In this document: one piece after another, positions 38,126 to 52,748 of the stretch
Layout: every line of letters starts with the position of its first letter
Position numbering within the stretch: position 1 is the stretch's first letter
Assembly: GCF_009914755.1 (NCBI RefSeq)
Contig: NC_060930.1
DNA length: 64,000 nucleotides
Source: the human T2T-CHM13v2.0 reference genome, Homo sapiens
Strand: one strand, 5' to 3'
Program-made: the position numbers and the translations under genes
Notes under the pieces: model-generated
What the model was told of the DNA's origin: nothing
Database searches by the model: none
What the model saw: the letters and a program-made list of their open reading frames with translations, nothing else

Positions 38126-39874
38126 AGTTAACCCAAATGACCTCTTGAGTCCATTTCTACAAACCAAGGAATGTAAAGCTTATTGCTCATTTTAATAAAG
38201 CTGTATGAACATTAAAAATATTGTTGAAACATTTGGTGGTGGCTCTCTCTTCTAACCTCTGCCCAGCATGGTGTTTTGGTCGTGGTGGCAAAGGGAAACG
38301 GGAGTGTTGCCTTGTAGCTCTTGGCTCAGAACTTTGGGAGGTTTCAGTGACTCAGCACGAGGCCCTCTGCCCTGTGGGTCAGGCCTGCAGGTGCTCAGGT
38401 GGGCCTTGTTATGAGGGAACTGCCAGCACTTTGGCGTGAGGCAGGAACTTGAAATGTGGACCATTTCAACAGCCACTCAGATTCCAGGGCACTTGACTCA
38501 AGCTTAGGAGTGTCAACCTCCATCCCCTCATCAAACTGCCACCTTGGATAATTATGCTCCTCAAATTACTCTCTTATTTCAGTGCCGTGTGGCATCCACA
38601 CTTCCCATTCCCTGGTGCTGTGGAGTTGGCTTGTTGTTTTCCAGCCCATAAACCTGATGACAAGGCTTTTACTGGTTAAGGAGTGGGTAGAAGGGTGAAC
38701 TGGGATATTCTCTCTAGACTAAATGGGTCTGCTCCTGCAGGTCACTAAAGAGTAAAGAGAGAAAGAGAGAAAGAAAACAAGCAATCCAACGCTCTTCCCC
38801 TCCCCTTCCCCTTGAGGGCAAAGGAAATATACCACCTGTGAATACACTGGTGTCACCCTAGAGTCACTCTAAGTAAGGGTCTTAGAAATCTTGGAAAGGT
38901 TATAAAGATTAATAGAACACGTATGCATATGGGAAAAAAACTATTCTTGTTTTTAAGAAGTAATGCGTTGCGAAATTACAAAGCTGTATGATCTTTAAGT
39001 TATGAGATGTCGACATAATTGTTTTGAGATCAACCAATCAGACCACACATTTTGTAGTACCAGGTTATAATGAGTGTTCATTAAACATCATGATAACAAC
39101 ACCCTCCTTGTTTTTTAACAAAGGGCATTCTCTTCCTGTATCATTGGTGACAGCTGATGCAGGACAATTAAAGTCATCTACTCATTCTCCCTTTTTCCTG
39201 ATTGATTCCAGAGCTGTTGTGTGGTCAGAGTGTTTTTTTCCCTTCTTCTCTTCCTTTTCCATTTTCATCTTCCTTTGAACTGCACTAGATCCCCTCATGG
39301 GAGGAACTGTCACCCTCCCGACCAGTGGAGGCCCTCTTGGTGATGCTTAACTTTTCCAGGTCACTGGGCCACTGTTTTGTGAACTGAAGTCAACACTTAA
39401 TAAATGGCATTCCAATAGCTGGAGCCATCTGCCTGCCCCCCAAAGTGACCGATTTTTCCAGAGGACTGTTTACTCTCCTTGCTGGGCTAGCCAATGGAGT
39501 TATCTCTTCTAAGTGTGAATGTAAATGTCGGAAAAATATTCAACTTTTGGGAAGTATATTCTAAATATCTGCTTTTATTTTTATCAGTTTTATTTTATTT
39601 TATTGGTGTTTCCTTTGATTGTCTGGTTCTCTGATTTAGGCAATTCATTTAACCTTTGAAATACCATTTGCTTCTCCATACCACTGGCATGATTGAGGAG
39701 CTTTAATTCATTCACCCAATATTTTATGAAAGCCATACTATGTGCATAATACTGTGTTTTGTTTTTGAATGTCTGTGCCTGTTCTGTAAGCAGTTACAAA
39801 CTAACTGAGAAGATAAACATTTACACAGGAAAATAAAACTCACACTGTCAGGTAGCACATGGTAAGACAATGTT

Positions 39875-40320
39875 GCGTGTACAAGGATATTCATTGCAGC
39901 ATCGTTTGTTTAACAACATTTTGGAAAACATCTAAAGGTCCATTAACAGAAGAAGGGTTAAACAAATTATGATCGTCTATATAATTGAATACTACCCAGA
40001 CATTAAAGGAGAATGAGGCAGATCTACATGTACTAAAATGGAAGAGCTCTCAAATACAGCTTTAAAAGAAAAAAGGAAGTGTGTAGCCGTGAGTACTGTG
40101 CTGCCATTAGTGAAAAGAAAAAAATAGGAATATAGACACAAAGTCTTACATATGCATGGAATATCTTGAACAGCTACATAACAACCTGCAGAACGTGGAT
40201 GCCTCTAGGGAAGAGATGGCTGGAGTATGGGCTGGGAGAGAGATTTGCTTTACCTTGAATATTCTTTTGTATCTTTTGAATTTTGTACCAGGTACATATA
40301 TTATCCAATTATTAAATAAT
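39875..40320 (+). mobile_element. Old L1 (L1ME/L1MC-like) 3' fragment
   Basis: tgtacaaggatattcattgcagcatcgtttg ... ttttgtatcttttgaattttgtacc. Confidence 0.6.
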
Positions 40321-41483
40321 ATTTAAAATGTGTCCTAATCCTCTGGCCAGCTCAACATTGAGGGCTGGCAAACATTAAATGAGGGACAAGTAGAGAACTT
40401 TTTCACAGAGGTCTGAACCATGGAGTGGATTCTCTGCAAAAGGTTTTAAAATAGTTCTGTTGGAGGAAGGCGTGGGAGTTACTGCTCTGTCTCCTTCAAG
40501 TCAGTTCCAATCCAATGCTTCTGACATGGAGAGCGAGACACAAGGAGGGGTTTCAATAACCTAATACTACATGACATGGGGTTTTAGGTCACCATCTCAA
40601 CATGTTTATTCAAAAGGGAGAGGATTTGGGAAACGCAGGAGAGAAAGCCGGAAGATTCCTCCTTCCCTGAGAACCTGTGTTGTCACACTCATGGGTGTTC
40701 TCTGTCACCTGGACACATGTGGCCAAGGAGGGGACTGAGCAGCCCTGGCTCCTGTCATAAGAAAGGTTCTAAGTTCTTCCTGGCACATTACCAGAGAGTC
40801 TGGACTTCATAGACTCGAAGAATCTCATAGGGAGGAGGGACCCTGGAGATTTTGCTCAACTTCCTCATCTTACAAGCAGGAGACTGGGGACAAGTGACCT
40901 GCCCATGGACACATCAAGCATCAGCTGCAAAGCTGGGACTACACCCTCGGTCTTTTAACTCTACATGCAGTGCTCTTTCTATATCACTGCCACATGGTCA
41001 CAGTCCCCTTGGGTTTTCAGCAGAGGCAATGCTAAGGACATGACAGTTATTTTCCTCAAACCGATCGAACACTGTGAGAGCAAGTTCAACAACTCAGGCT
41101 TGGGGCTTTCCTGAGACCAGGCTGCTGAGACAGTTTTGGGGTGGGGGTGGAGAACTAGGAGGTTCTCTCTATTGCTCAAGAGAAGGTGGGTGATCATACA
41201 GACTTTCCAGCAAACAGCCAGGGCAGGCAGCCTTCGGGGCACCCAAACCTCCCCACCATGGGTCCCGTCCAAGCTAGATGCTTCAGCATTGACACTCCAC
41301 ACCAAAATGGATCTCATATCAATTTTTATCTGTGAGGGGTTGTATAAAACCTCCTACATTCTCAGATCTGGAAACCATATAATAGGAGTAAAGCAGTCAG
41401 AAAAATGGATAACTTTTGCCCTTTTTTATGTGGGAAAAAAAAACACCTCAGTAATTGAATTAATTTTTAAAAATATAACAAAG

Positions 41484-41768
41484 GGCTGGGCACAGTGCCT
41501 CATGCTTATAATCCCAGCACTTTGGGAGGGTGAGGCAGGCGAATCACCTGAGATCAGGAGTTCAACGCCAGCCTGACCAACATGGCGAAACCCCATCTCT
41601 ACTAAAAATCCAGAAATTAGCCGGGCATGGTGGTGTGCGCCCGTAGTCCCAGCTACTCGGGAGGTTGAGGCTTGAACTGGGGAGATGGAGGTTGCAGTGA
41701 GGTGAGGTTGTGCTACTGCACTCCCTTGGGCAACAGAGTGAGAGTCTGTCTAAAAAAAAAAAAAGAAA
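41484..41768 (+). mobile_element. AluS
   Basis: Alu dimer; TSD aaat(a/g)taacaaa. Confidence 0.92.
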
Positions 41769-43129
41769 TGTAACAAAGGCCAAAGGCCAAAGTCCCCCGA
41801 ATTTTGTCACCCCCTTTCTCTTTTTGCTATGCACATGAGTCCCGCTGAGGTGTGTGATCAAGTGAGCCCTCTGAGGTGTGTGATCAAGTAGGTCTCTGGG
41901 CACCGAGCCCACTGGCTGCGCTGGCAGCCCCCTCACTTCTCCTGGGCATGGAGTCCCAGCACCTTCCTCACCTGAGTCTCATCTGTGTGTGCAGCTCCAA
42001 CATGTTTTACTTTCTATTTACTAAAATAAACTTCCTCTTTCATGATGACTTTGGAAAATGGACTCTGGACCACTTGGAGTTCATAAAGACACGAATCAGG
42101 CTATCTTAGTCCTGACATGAATCACTTTCTCTCCCCACCCATTTCCACAGATGCGTGGGTAATTTGGTCTCACTGCATCCCTCCTGCTGTCTTCAGGAGG
42201 ATTTCCGCCACCTCGGCAGCATGAGTCAAAATGGATCATCCTCCCCGCCTCACCGCTTAACGAACTGAGGTGTGTGTTGGAGCTGAATGTTTACAACACA
42301 AAACCACCAACCATCTTGTTTCTTCATGTTTTGATGGCCCAGAAGCTGAGCTGCAGGGAGAGGACCTCCCCATTCCTGCGTAGAAGACAGGGGTCTTCTT
42401 ATGTCTTAACTTTTCTTGACTACTGTTTGGCTTTCAGTGAATGCTTCAAAAGTTCTACCCTGTGTCCAGCACCCCAGGTCTTGATGGATAAAAATTCTCA
42501 GCACCTAAGCTGATCTTCATTCCTCATTTCCAGCCACAGCTCAAGGGGTTTGCAGTCTGTCTTTGGAAATGACTCAACCAACAGTTGGGAGTGAAAAAAA
42601 TTAATGATGCCACATCTTTAGGCTTTGTCCTTTCATTTACCAAGTCGGTATTTAATGAACAACATAAGATTGTACTTCCTTGCAGTGAGTTTGCATTTCA
42701 TGAGACGATGAAACTAAAGAAAAAGTCAGCCAACCTCACTGCTCCCTCAAGAAGTCCTCATTTCTGAACCCAATTATTTCATTTCTTATTCCTCGGTAGG
42801 AATTCTCTATGTACATTCATGACATATCCCAGAAGGGGCAGTGGGGTCTCACTGCTGCTTAAGGCACCTTTGAAGTGCTTTCTTGTTTCTATTATCTTGA
42901 CTATTTTCACTACCCTTTCCCTCTTTCTTTCTTTTTTCTGCATTTTTCTTGTCAGATGTTGGCAGATTATTGAGTTGCCATCAGTATTTAAGTCAGAGTT
43001 CTGTTTTAGGCAATGGTTATTTTACAAATAGACACAAGTAGCTTCAAAGTATCCCCACGGCTTCTTTCCTCCTTCTCCATGTTTACTATACTATTATTTA
43101 GTAAAATTGTTAGTCATAAATTATCATTA

Positions 43130-43477
<348 letters not shown>

Positions 43478-43910
43478 TTAGGTGTTTAATAAGAAAGAAA
43501 TTATTATATAGTAAAATTGTCCATATTTACTATACTATTTCTTTTTTTCTCCTTTTCCTGAGGCAGAGAGAAAGGGTAGGGGGAGATTTACTCTTGTTCT
43601 GATCCGGAACCAATCTTTAGTTCCAGTTCATTCTTCTCCCTGCCTAAAAATAAGAGTTAATGCTTCCCAAATGCTTTACAAACACACTCATATAACACCC
43701 AGCAAACATATCTTGTCCTCCTTTCAACAAGGAGATGGTCTGGCTCTTAGTACTATGCTGTCCTGTCTCTCACCACCTCTACGCCATCTAATCACCTCTT
43801 GAGCAATTAAAACACAGGTGCACAACCTTAAACATATTTGAAATATTTAAAAATAATTCATCTATATAATTTGGATCCGTGGACATTAACTTCCTCAATA
43901 ATGTGACGCT

Positions 43911-44734
<824 letters not shown>

Positions 44735-46619
44735 AGAACACTGGCCTCTGATCCACCAGAAAGAATTTCATAAGATTCAGTGATAAAGCTCAGCTCGTGG
44801 CTTTTTAGGTGAGCCCCTCATTCAGACTCTTTTAGACTCTATTTACTCCGACTTCATGCACAAATCTAAAAGGGTAGGGGATCTGCTTTCCAGTCCACAG
44901 AAGACTAGAAAGACAAATGAAAAGGCAGAGCCAGGGGGACAGTGCTGGAAACCAGCACCCTGAGAGAGGGTAGCGGAGGGAACTGATATCCAAGCAGCTG
45001 GAAGAGGAGCTTTGCAGACGCCCAAATGTCAGACCGATTCATGTCAGAGATGACAGCCCCATCCACAGCTCCCTGACATCGAGAAAGACAGTAGCCGTGC
45101 TCATCAGCACGTCCTGAAGCCACCAAGACAGGGACAGACCACGATCAACTGCAGCATGATGAAGAGGTTCATAACTTTTTTAAGGAATCTCTATATGTAA
45201 TGGTTCAAGTTTTATTTCCTGAAGGATATCAGTAACATCAAGAGCAAAAAGTGACTCATTCCCTAAGATTTCAGGATAGCCTAGTTTTGCTTTGTGTATT
45301 TGCATGCAAGTTATCCTAGAGATAAGGCACACTGTCATCTATTAAACTAGTCTCCGATGACCATAATTTTAGATCATCAAGTGACAGGTTTCTTAGATTA
45401 TGAAACAATAATTAGCCTTAGCTTCATGAGTCTGTAAAGCATGTATGACTATCTCAGCGGACCCTGCATGTCTGCTAGTGCAGGTTTCACCACCGATTCT
45501 GGCAAGAGCTGGAGTCAGCCTGGGACTGTGGTTATTTTGCATACACGAAAAGCTTGGTAATCTCTTTGAAGGGCCTGGACTGTGTACAAAGATCCCTCCC
45601 TTTTTGCATAATGGTACTTTACTTCCTGGATTATAAAGATATTATTTTACTAGAGAGAAAGGAACTGGATTTGTGGCGCATTTTTGTCCAATGATTTAAG
45701 TTAATTCCTCATGTTCAAAATGAAACTGTCAGTTATAAGCTGACCAAATGAAGCAATATATTTCAAACTCAACAGAATCTTTTTATTCACTCTACCAATC
45801 TACGTACATCCCAAATTCCAACATAATTACCACCCCAGGTGTTGGTTAAAGAGCACTTTTTAACTTCCTATGGTGGACATTTCTAAGCATCCACAAAAGT
45901 AGACAATAGCATAATGAACTTCCAGGTACCCAACCTTCAGCTTCAGCTGTTATCAATATTTTGTCAGTCTTAAACAGTATGCCTTAGTGTGCCTAAATGA
46001 AATTCCCTGTATTTTAATTATCCAGAAGGCTGGAAATATTTGGGCAGCCAGGCCTCCAACCATGAGGTATGATTAGAAAGATTTCAAAGGCTCTTCACCC
46101 CACAGATGATGCGTGCCACGAGGAGTGATATATTCTTGGTTCTCTCTCTCTGTTTCTCATACTCTCTCTGAAAACACAAATGCTCCTGCTGAGGGGGCAT
46201 TACTGAAATTCCTAAAACCTTGTTAAGAGTTGGTTTTTATCAAATGATTTTGTTCTAGAACAGGAGACTTTGGAGGGACAGCCTAGCATCCTTGTATCCT
46301 GGGGATGAACAGGGCCCTGGAGGGAGAAAGGGAACAGTGTGATGTGAGATAGGAAAGCCAAATACACAGTGTTGTTTTGGCTTAGCCCTGGTAGTAATTC
46401 CTGTAAGAGACTGTCTGAGAAAAAAATTACATTTGGAACATTTTTATTTCAGTAATCAGGATTTGGGAGTCTTAGAAAGGATGAGGTAGAAAGCCCCTTT
46501 ACCATATTTTTTAAAATAGCTTAAGTCCACATTATGTTTCAGCAGTGAGAATATATTTTGGAATTCAATTATGTAACAACAGGAAGTAGGATGGCTGGTT
46601 AGAAAGAGTTTTACTTTAT

Positions 46620-46998
<379 letters not shown>

Positions 46999-47279
46999 TA
47001 GCAGCTGTGACACTGGTCCCTCAGCTTAGAAAGAATAATTTGAGTGGCACTTCTCACTTACATTCTGTAAGAAGAGAAGAGTATACCAGGACTTTTTTTT
47101 TTTTTTTTTTTGGCTTAACACATGTGGTTCTTCTCCATATGTTGGGAAGTCCCTGCAGCAGGGAGTGGGCACAGGCGCAGAACTGCCCGAGGAAGGAGAT
47201 GGAGCTGTTGTTTGCTATTCTTGAGGTCCAATATTATAAGAGCATCCTTGATGGACCAATGTGGACCCGACTAAGGTCA

Positions 47280-47614
<335 letters not shown>

Positions 47615-49221
47615 GCATTTTGTGAAAATGCACCTGACCCAGCAGGTTGGTGCATGGTCTATGGTATCAGGTAAAATTCATAGGCAGGGTCCTGCAGTGA
47701 AGGCCTCTCGTGAAGCCTTCAGGGATGGCCTCAGGCCCCACACCCAGGCACTGTCCTCCAGCCCTTCCTCACCAGGTGCTTCTGAGCCCTGAACTGCTGG
47801 GCATGAAGTTGAAGAACCACTGATCACACAGCTTGGAAGAGCCCATCCACTTCTGATATTTTGTCACCAATCATCTCTGCCAAGAATTCCCTGGGCATGT
47901 TCGCTGTGCTGAGCCGTGTGGTGGGTCCTCCAGGGAGGTGACAACTCTGTCATCAAGGAGCATCACTCGAGGTGGAGAACAAGGGTTCGTGGAGACCTAA
48001 GGACAGGACTTCTCCAGCCCCTGTAAGCCTTCATCCTAGTTACCATGGAAACAGTGATTGTTTAATTATTTTCTCACCAGACAGTAGACTCCTGAGGGTA
48101 GGAAAGGTGTCTGCTTGTAGCCCCAAGGCCTAGGAAAGTGCAGGACACCTCAGCCTTCATTCCATGTCTGTGGAATGAATGATGGCCCATCGGCTGGCTT
48201 GAACAACGTATGGAATGATGAGATAAAAGAAAGAGAAGGAACCGGGCCAGCCTGACGAGGGCCGAGTCCCAGGAGTTTGGGATCTATCCTTCAGACCACA
48301 AAGGCTCATTGAAAGTTTCTAACCAGGGCAGTCACATGGAGCCTTCCACGTTTCTGGAAGAGGAATGTGCAGTGAGGCTGAGGGATGGGAAACAGGGAAA
48401 TCTGACACAAGGTGGCCCGTGGGAAGCTACTCCAGTAGCAAAGGTCGAGACCTGGAGCTCCTGCCCGACCCTCCCAAGGAACTGTCATGGAGCTGTGAGC
48501 CATACAGGTGGGGATTTGGCCATTCAGCATTTGAAAGCATAACATACTGGAGCTGTTTATAATATAGTCAAAGAAATAGGGTCGCACAGACAGATTTGAG
48601 CAATGTTTATATACATCCATGAGTGTCTATGCACGTCCACCTGGAGTTAAGGAAAACATTGTCTGGCCATATATTCCTTCCTGGTAACTCTTTCAGGACT
48701 TCAAGGCATCATTTAGCTCCTGGAAGAGCTTATTTTCCAGACACACACTCCAGCAGCGCCCTAAGTTCATGGGCGCGCATCTTAGTCTCCTGGAATAATT
48801 TAGTTGCTCTGGCTCAACAGATGATTATTACAGTTATTATTAATGTTGGTTCTAATAATAGCAGTAGTCATAAACATGTTTCTTGGGGGCCACCACATTG
48901 ATAGCAATTGAAGCCTAAAAGAACATAGTCCCCAGGGATCTGTAATACAAGCTAATCAAGCAGTTAGAAAGGAATTTTTTAAAACTTTCCCCCCTTAATC
49001 CCATCTTTATTGTGTGGGTGGAAATCACCACTTGAGAGATGAGCCTCAAGGCCATGATCTGGAGCGATTTCAAACAGGCTAAGGGGTGGCATTGTAGTCC
49101 CTGGAGCCCTGCCAAGTAATGGCTGGCATTTCACCCTAGACCAGCCCTTCCAATAGAAATAATGAGAACCACAGATGTAACTTCAAATTTTCTGGTAGCC
49201 ACATTAAAAAAACTAAAAAGA

Positions 49222-49528
49222 GGCCGGTGGCTCACGCCTGTAATCCCAGCACTTGGGGAGGCCGAGACGGGTGGATCACCTGAGGTCGGGAGTTCAAGAC
49301 CAGCCTGGCCAACATGATGAGACCCCATCTCTACTAAAAATACAAAAATTAGCTGGGTGTGGTGTCCCATGCCTGTAATCCCAGCTACTCAGGAGGCTGA
49401 GGCAGGGAGAATGGCTTGAACCCGGGAGGCAGAGGTTGCAGTGAGCGGAGATTGGGCCATTGCACTCCGGCCTGGGCGACAGAGCAAGACTCCATCTCAA
49501 AAAAAAGAAAAAAAGAAAAAACCAAAAA
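49222..49528 (+). mobile_element. AluS inside MER33
   Basis: Alu dimer; TSD aaaaactaaaaaga. Confidence 0.92.
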
Positions 49529-49634
49529 ACTAAAAAGAAACAGGTGAAGTAGTCTTTTAAATATATTTTAGTTAACCCTATGTATTCCAAATATTATTAT
49601 TTTGACATATAATTCACATAAAAATTGTTAATGG

Positions 49635-49925
49635 GGCTGGGCGAGGTGGCTCATGCCTGTAATCCCAGCACTTTGTGGGGCCGAGGCAGGTGGATCACCT
49701 GAGGTCAGCAGTTCGATACCAGCCTGGCCAACATGGTGAAACCCCATCTCTGCTAAAAATACAAAAATTAGCCAGGTGTGGTGGCACACACCTGTAATCC
49801 CAGCTACTCGGGAGGCTGGGGCAGGAGAATCGCTTGAACCTGGTGAGCTGAGATCGCACCACTGCACCCCAGCCTGGGCAACAAGAGTGAAACTCTGTCT
49901 CAAAAAACAATTTTTTTTAAAATAA
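49635..49925 (+). mobile_element. AluS inside MER33 (deletion in right arm)
   Basis: Alu dimer; TSD aaaattgtt(a/t)atgg. Confidence 0.9.
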
Positions 49926-52399
49926 AATTGTTTATGGGATATTTGAGATTCTCTTTGTTGTCACTGTTTCAGGTTTTAGAAATCTGGCGTGTATCTTCCA
50001 TCTCAGCAAGTAGCTGCAGAACTGCACACGGGGCTCTCGGCTGCCACAGCTGACAGCACAGGGTGAGCTGCTCTGGGAAGGTGCTGGTGTGTCACTCACC
50101 GGGCACACTCACGGACCAGCTACCCAAGGAGGCAGTGACCACAGGACTGGAGTACTGGGAAGCAAAACAAGGGAGAAAGGCCAGTCCCCACCACTCCTGG
50201 TGCCTGCTAAGTGGGGTAAATGCCCTTCTTGTAGACGAGCGCCACAGCAGCCATGGAAGTGTTGGGATGGAGAGAGGAAAGGAAAGCATTGAAAGTCCTG
50301 TAAGGGTTCTGAGAGTCATAGATCCTGTAAGATGTCACTCATCTAAGTCATGCTCTTAGGACTCCGGGCAGTCAAGGAAGAGAAGCAACAAGCCCAGGCA
50401 GAACCAGGAGAGGAAGAGGAAATGAGGCAGGTGAGGGGATTTGCTCCACCCGGTCTGGCCTGGCGGGGAGGGACTGACGACTGCAGGGCTTCCTCAGAGA
50501 CGATCCCTTCGGCTCAACAGGCTTGCCAAGGAAGGAAGGAGCCGCCACCCGCACTGGGAGATTCATCTGAGAGATGAAAGGAACGGAATGCCACAGGACA
50601 ACCCTAGGGGAGGAGTGCACGACACTAGGGGCTTCGGAGGCACGAGGATGCGACATGAACAAGCCCACTCGCCGTCAGAGTCCCAGCGCCCTCTCTCCAG
50701 TGACCAGGCCCCCGTGGAGGGCCCAGTCCACCCTCCAGCTTTCATAAACTTTGAAATAACACAATGTAAAACAGTCTAAATTATGTCAGATGATTCTAAG
50801 TGATTAAATGTGACAAAGAGGTATGTCACCAGGGTGGCTGCCTGATTCCCCAATTCTCAGTATCACTGAAATGAATCAACGGAGAGACTCTGAGTAATGC
50901 CGGGCACGGCCACCACACTCAGGCTGCTGTTTCTTACAGAGACCTGGGATCTTTCCCAAATGTCACCGGTTCAGCCAGGGATCCTGACACAGGTAAAGTG
51001 TCGCATCACACCCAGCAACCACAAGATTTGCCTTCTGCTGCTTGGGGGTAATCTCCCTGTCAGAGGTGATAAGTGTGGAAGGATGCTTTAGAATTATGCC
51101 TTTTAAAATGAAAGTAGAGTTCCAGGGTCAGGAGGCGTTGACCGGGGGACAGAGAGACTGCGGGTCAAATGTGAGGCCATAAACTGTCAAGATGACACAC
51201 GGTGCGGGCCTGGCAGGGCATGACTCATCAGGTTCTCCCAGTGCCAGTGGGACAAGTAGCACGCTCGGACAGCTGGGACGTTTGTTTTCAGGCCAATTTC
51301 TAAAGAAAGTTCTAGATAGTGGGGCTGGAAAGTGACCACGCGACCGACTTCTTCAGGACCTGATGGAGTCCCTCGAGTCATGCAGGGCTGGGGGTCTCGC
51401 ACAAGGGCTCACCAGGGACATGTTAGTGACTTACCCTGCCCAGACCAGATTGCTTGGAAGCCACACATATGGTAAACAAACAGGAGAGAAATGTGTTCCT
51501 CCTGGGTCTGCCCCACTCATTTCCCTCCCACAGAGGAAACAGCCCACTCCTGGAGTTCAAAGCTTCCCAAAGTCCCGGAAGTTGAGACAATATGTAGGGG
51601 CTTAGTGGGCTCTCTCTGCTCTGATTCCAAAAGCCCAAACCCGGAAAACAGGTCGCCCCTTCCAGGGGGTGAAAAATGAAGTCTGAAGCTGGCAAGGAAA
51701 GAGCAGGCTTGGGAAGCCTTACTTCGGGAAACCTGGTTGACCCGACAATTATTTTTTATGACCTGGCATACGTTATGTTGATGGTTTCATTTCTGGTTAT
51801 TACCTTCTATTAAAAAGCATCTTGAGTAAGATGATTACGGGGGCATCTTATTCCCGCCTCAGGAATCTACTCTGAAATTTTCAGAGAACTGTTGTTTTTC
51901 CTGGACATATTATTACTATCGTTGTTTTTGCTATGATTGTGATTACGTAAACTGCTAGTTGTTAAATAGCTCTTTTTATTTGTCATTGCTCACAATCCCA
52001 TTGCTTTGAGATAAAGAGATATGAGGTAGATACCCATATAGGGCACAGAGAGGTCAAGCACTCCCATAAGGTCCCTCCAAGGGCCAGGGATGTCAGAGGT
52101 GTTCCTCTCCTCCCCCTCCCCAGCCATCTTACCAGGACCAGTATGGGGCACAGTGAGTGAGCAAACACACAGGAACGACACGCCCAGAGCGAGGCCAGCC
52201 CTGCTCCCATGCACCAGGCCGAGCTGGTGCTGAAGTTCTGCCATGGGTCCTTGGTGCTCTTAACTTTAGGGGTCTGCCGAGTGGGGATTCTAGTGACAGG
52301 CACGATGGCTTGGGTTAGCTGCATCCCGAAATGAAGAGTCAGCACTGGGAACCACGAATGTGCCTGAATCTTAACTTGCAATGAAAACCCTGTGGGTCA

Positions 52400-52748
<349 letters not shown>

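Larger units (their letters stand above)
49142..50060 (+). mobile_element. MER33 hAT DNA transposon split by two Alus
   Basis: ccaatagaaata...aaattttctggtagccacattaaaaaa / aaacaggtgaa...ccaaatattattatttt / gaaatctggcgtgtat...gacagcacag match the recalled MER33 consensus. Confidence 0.72.
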
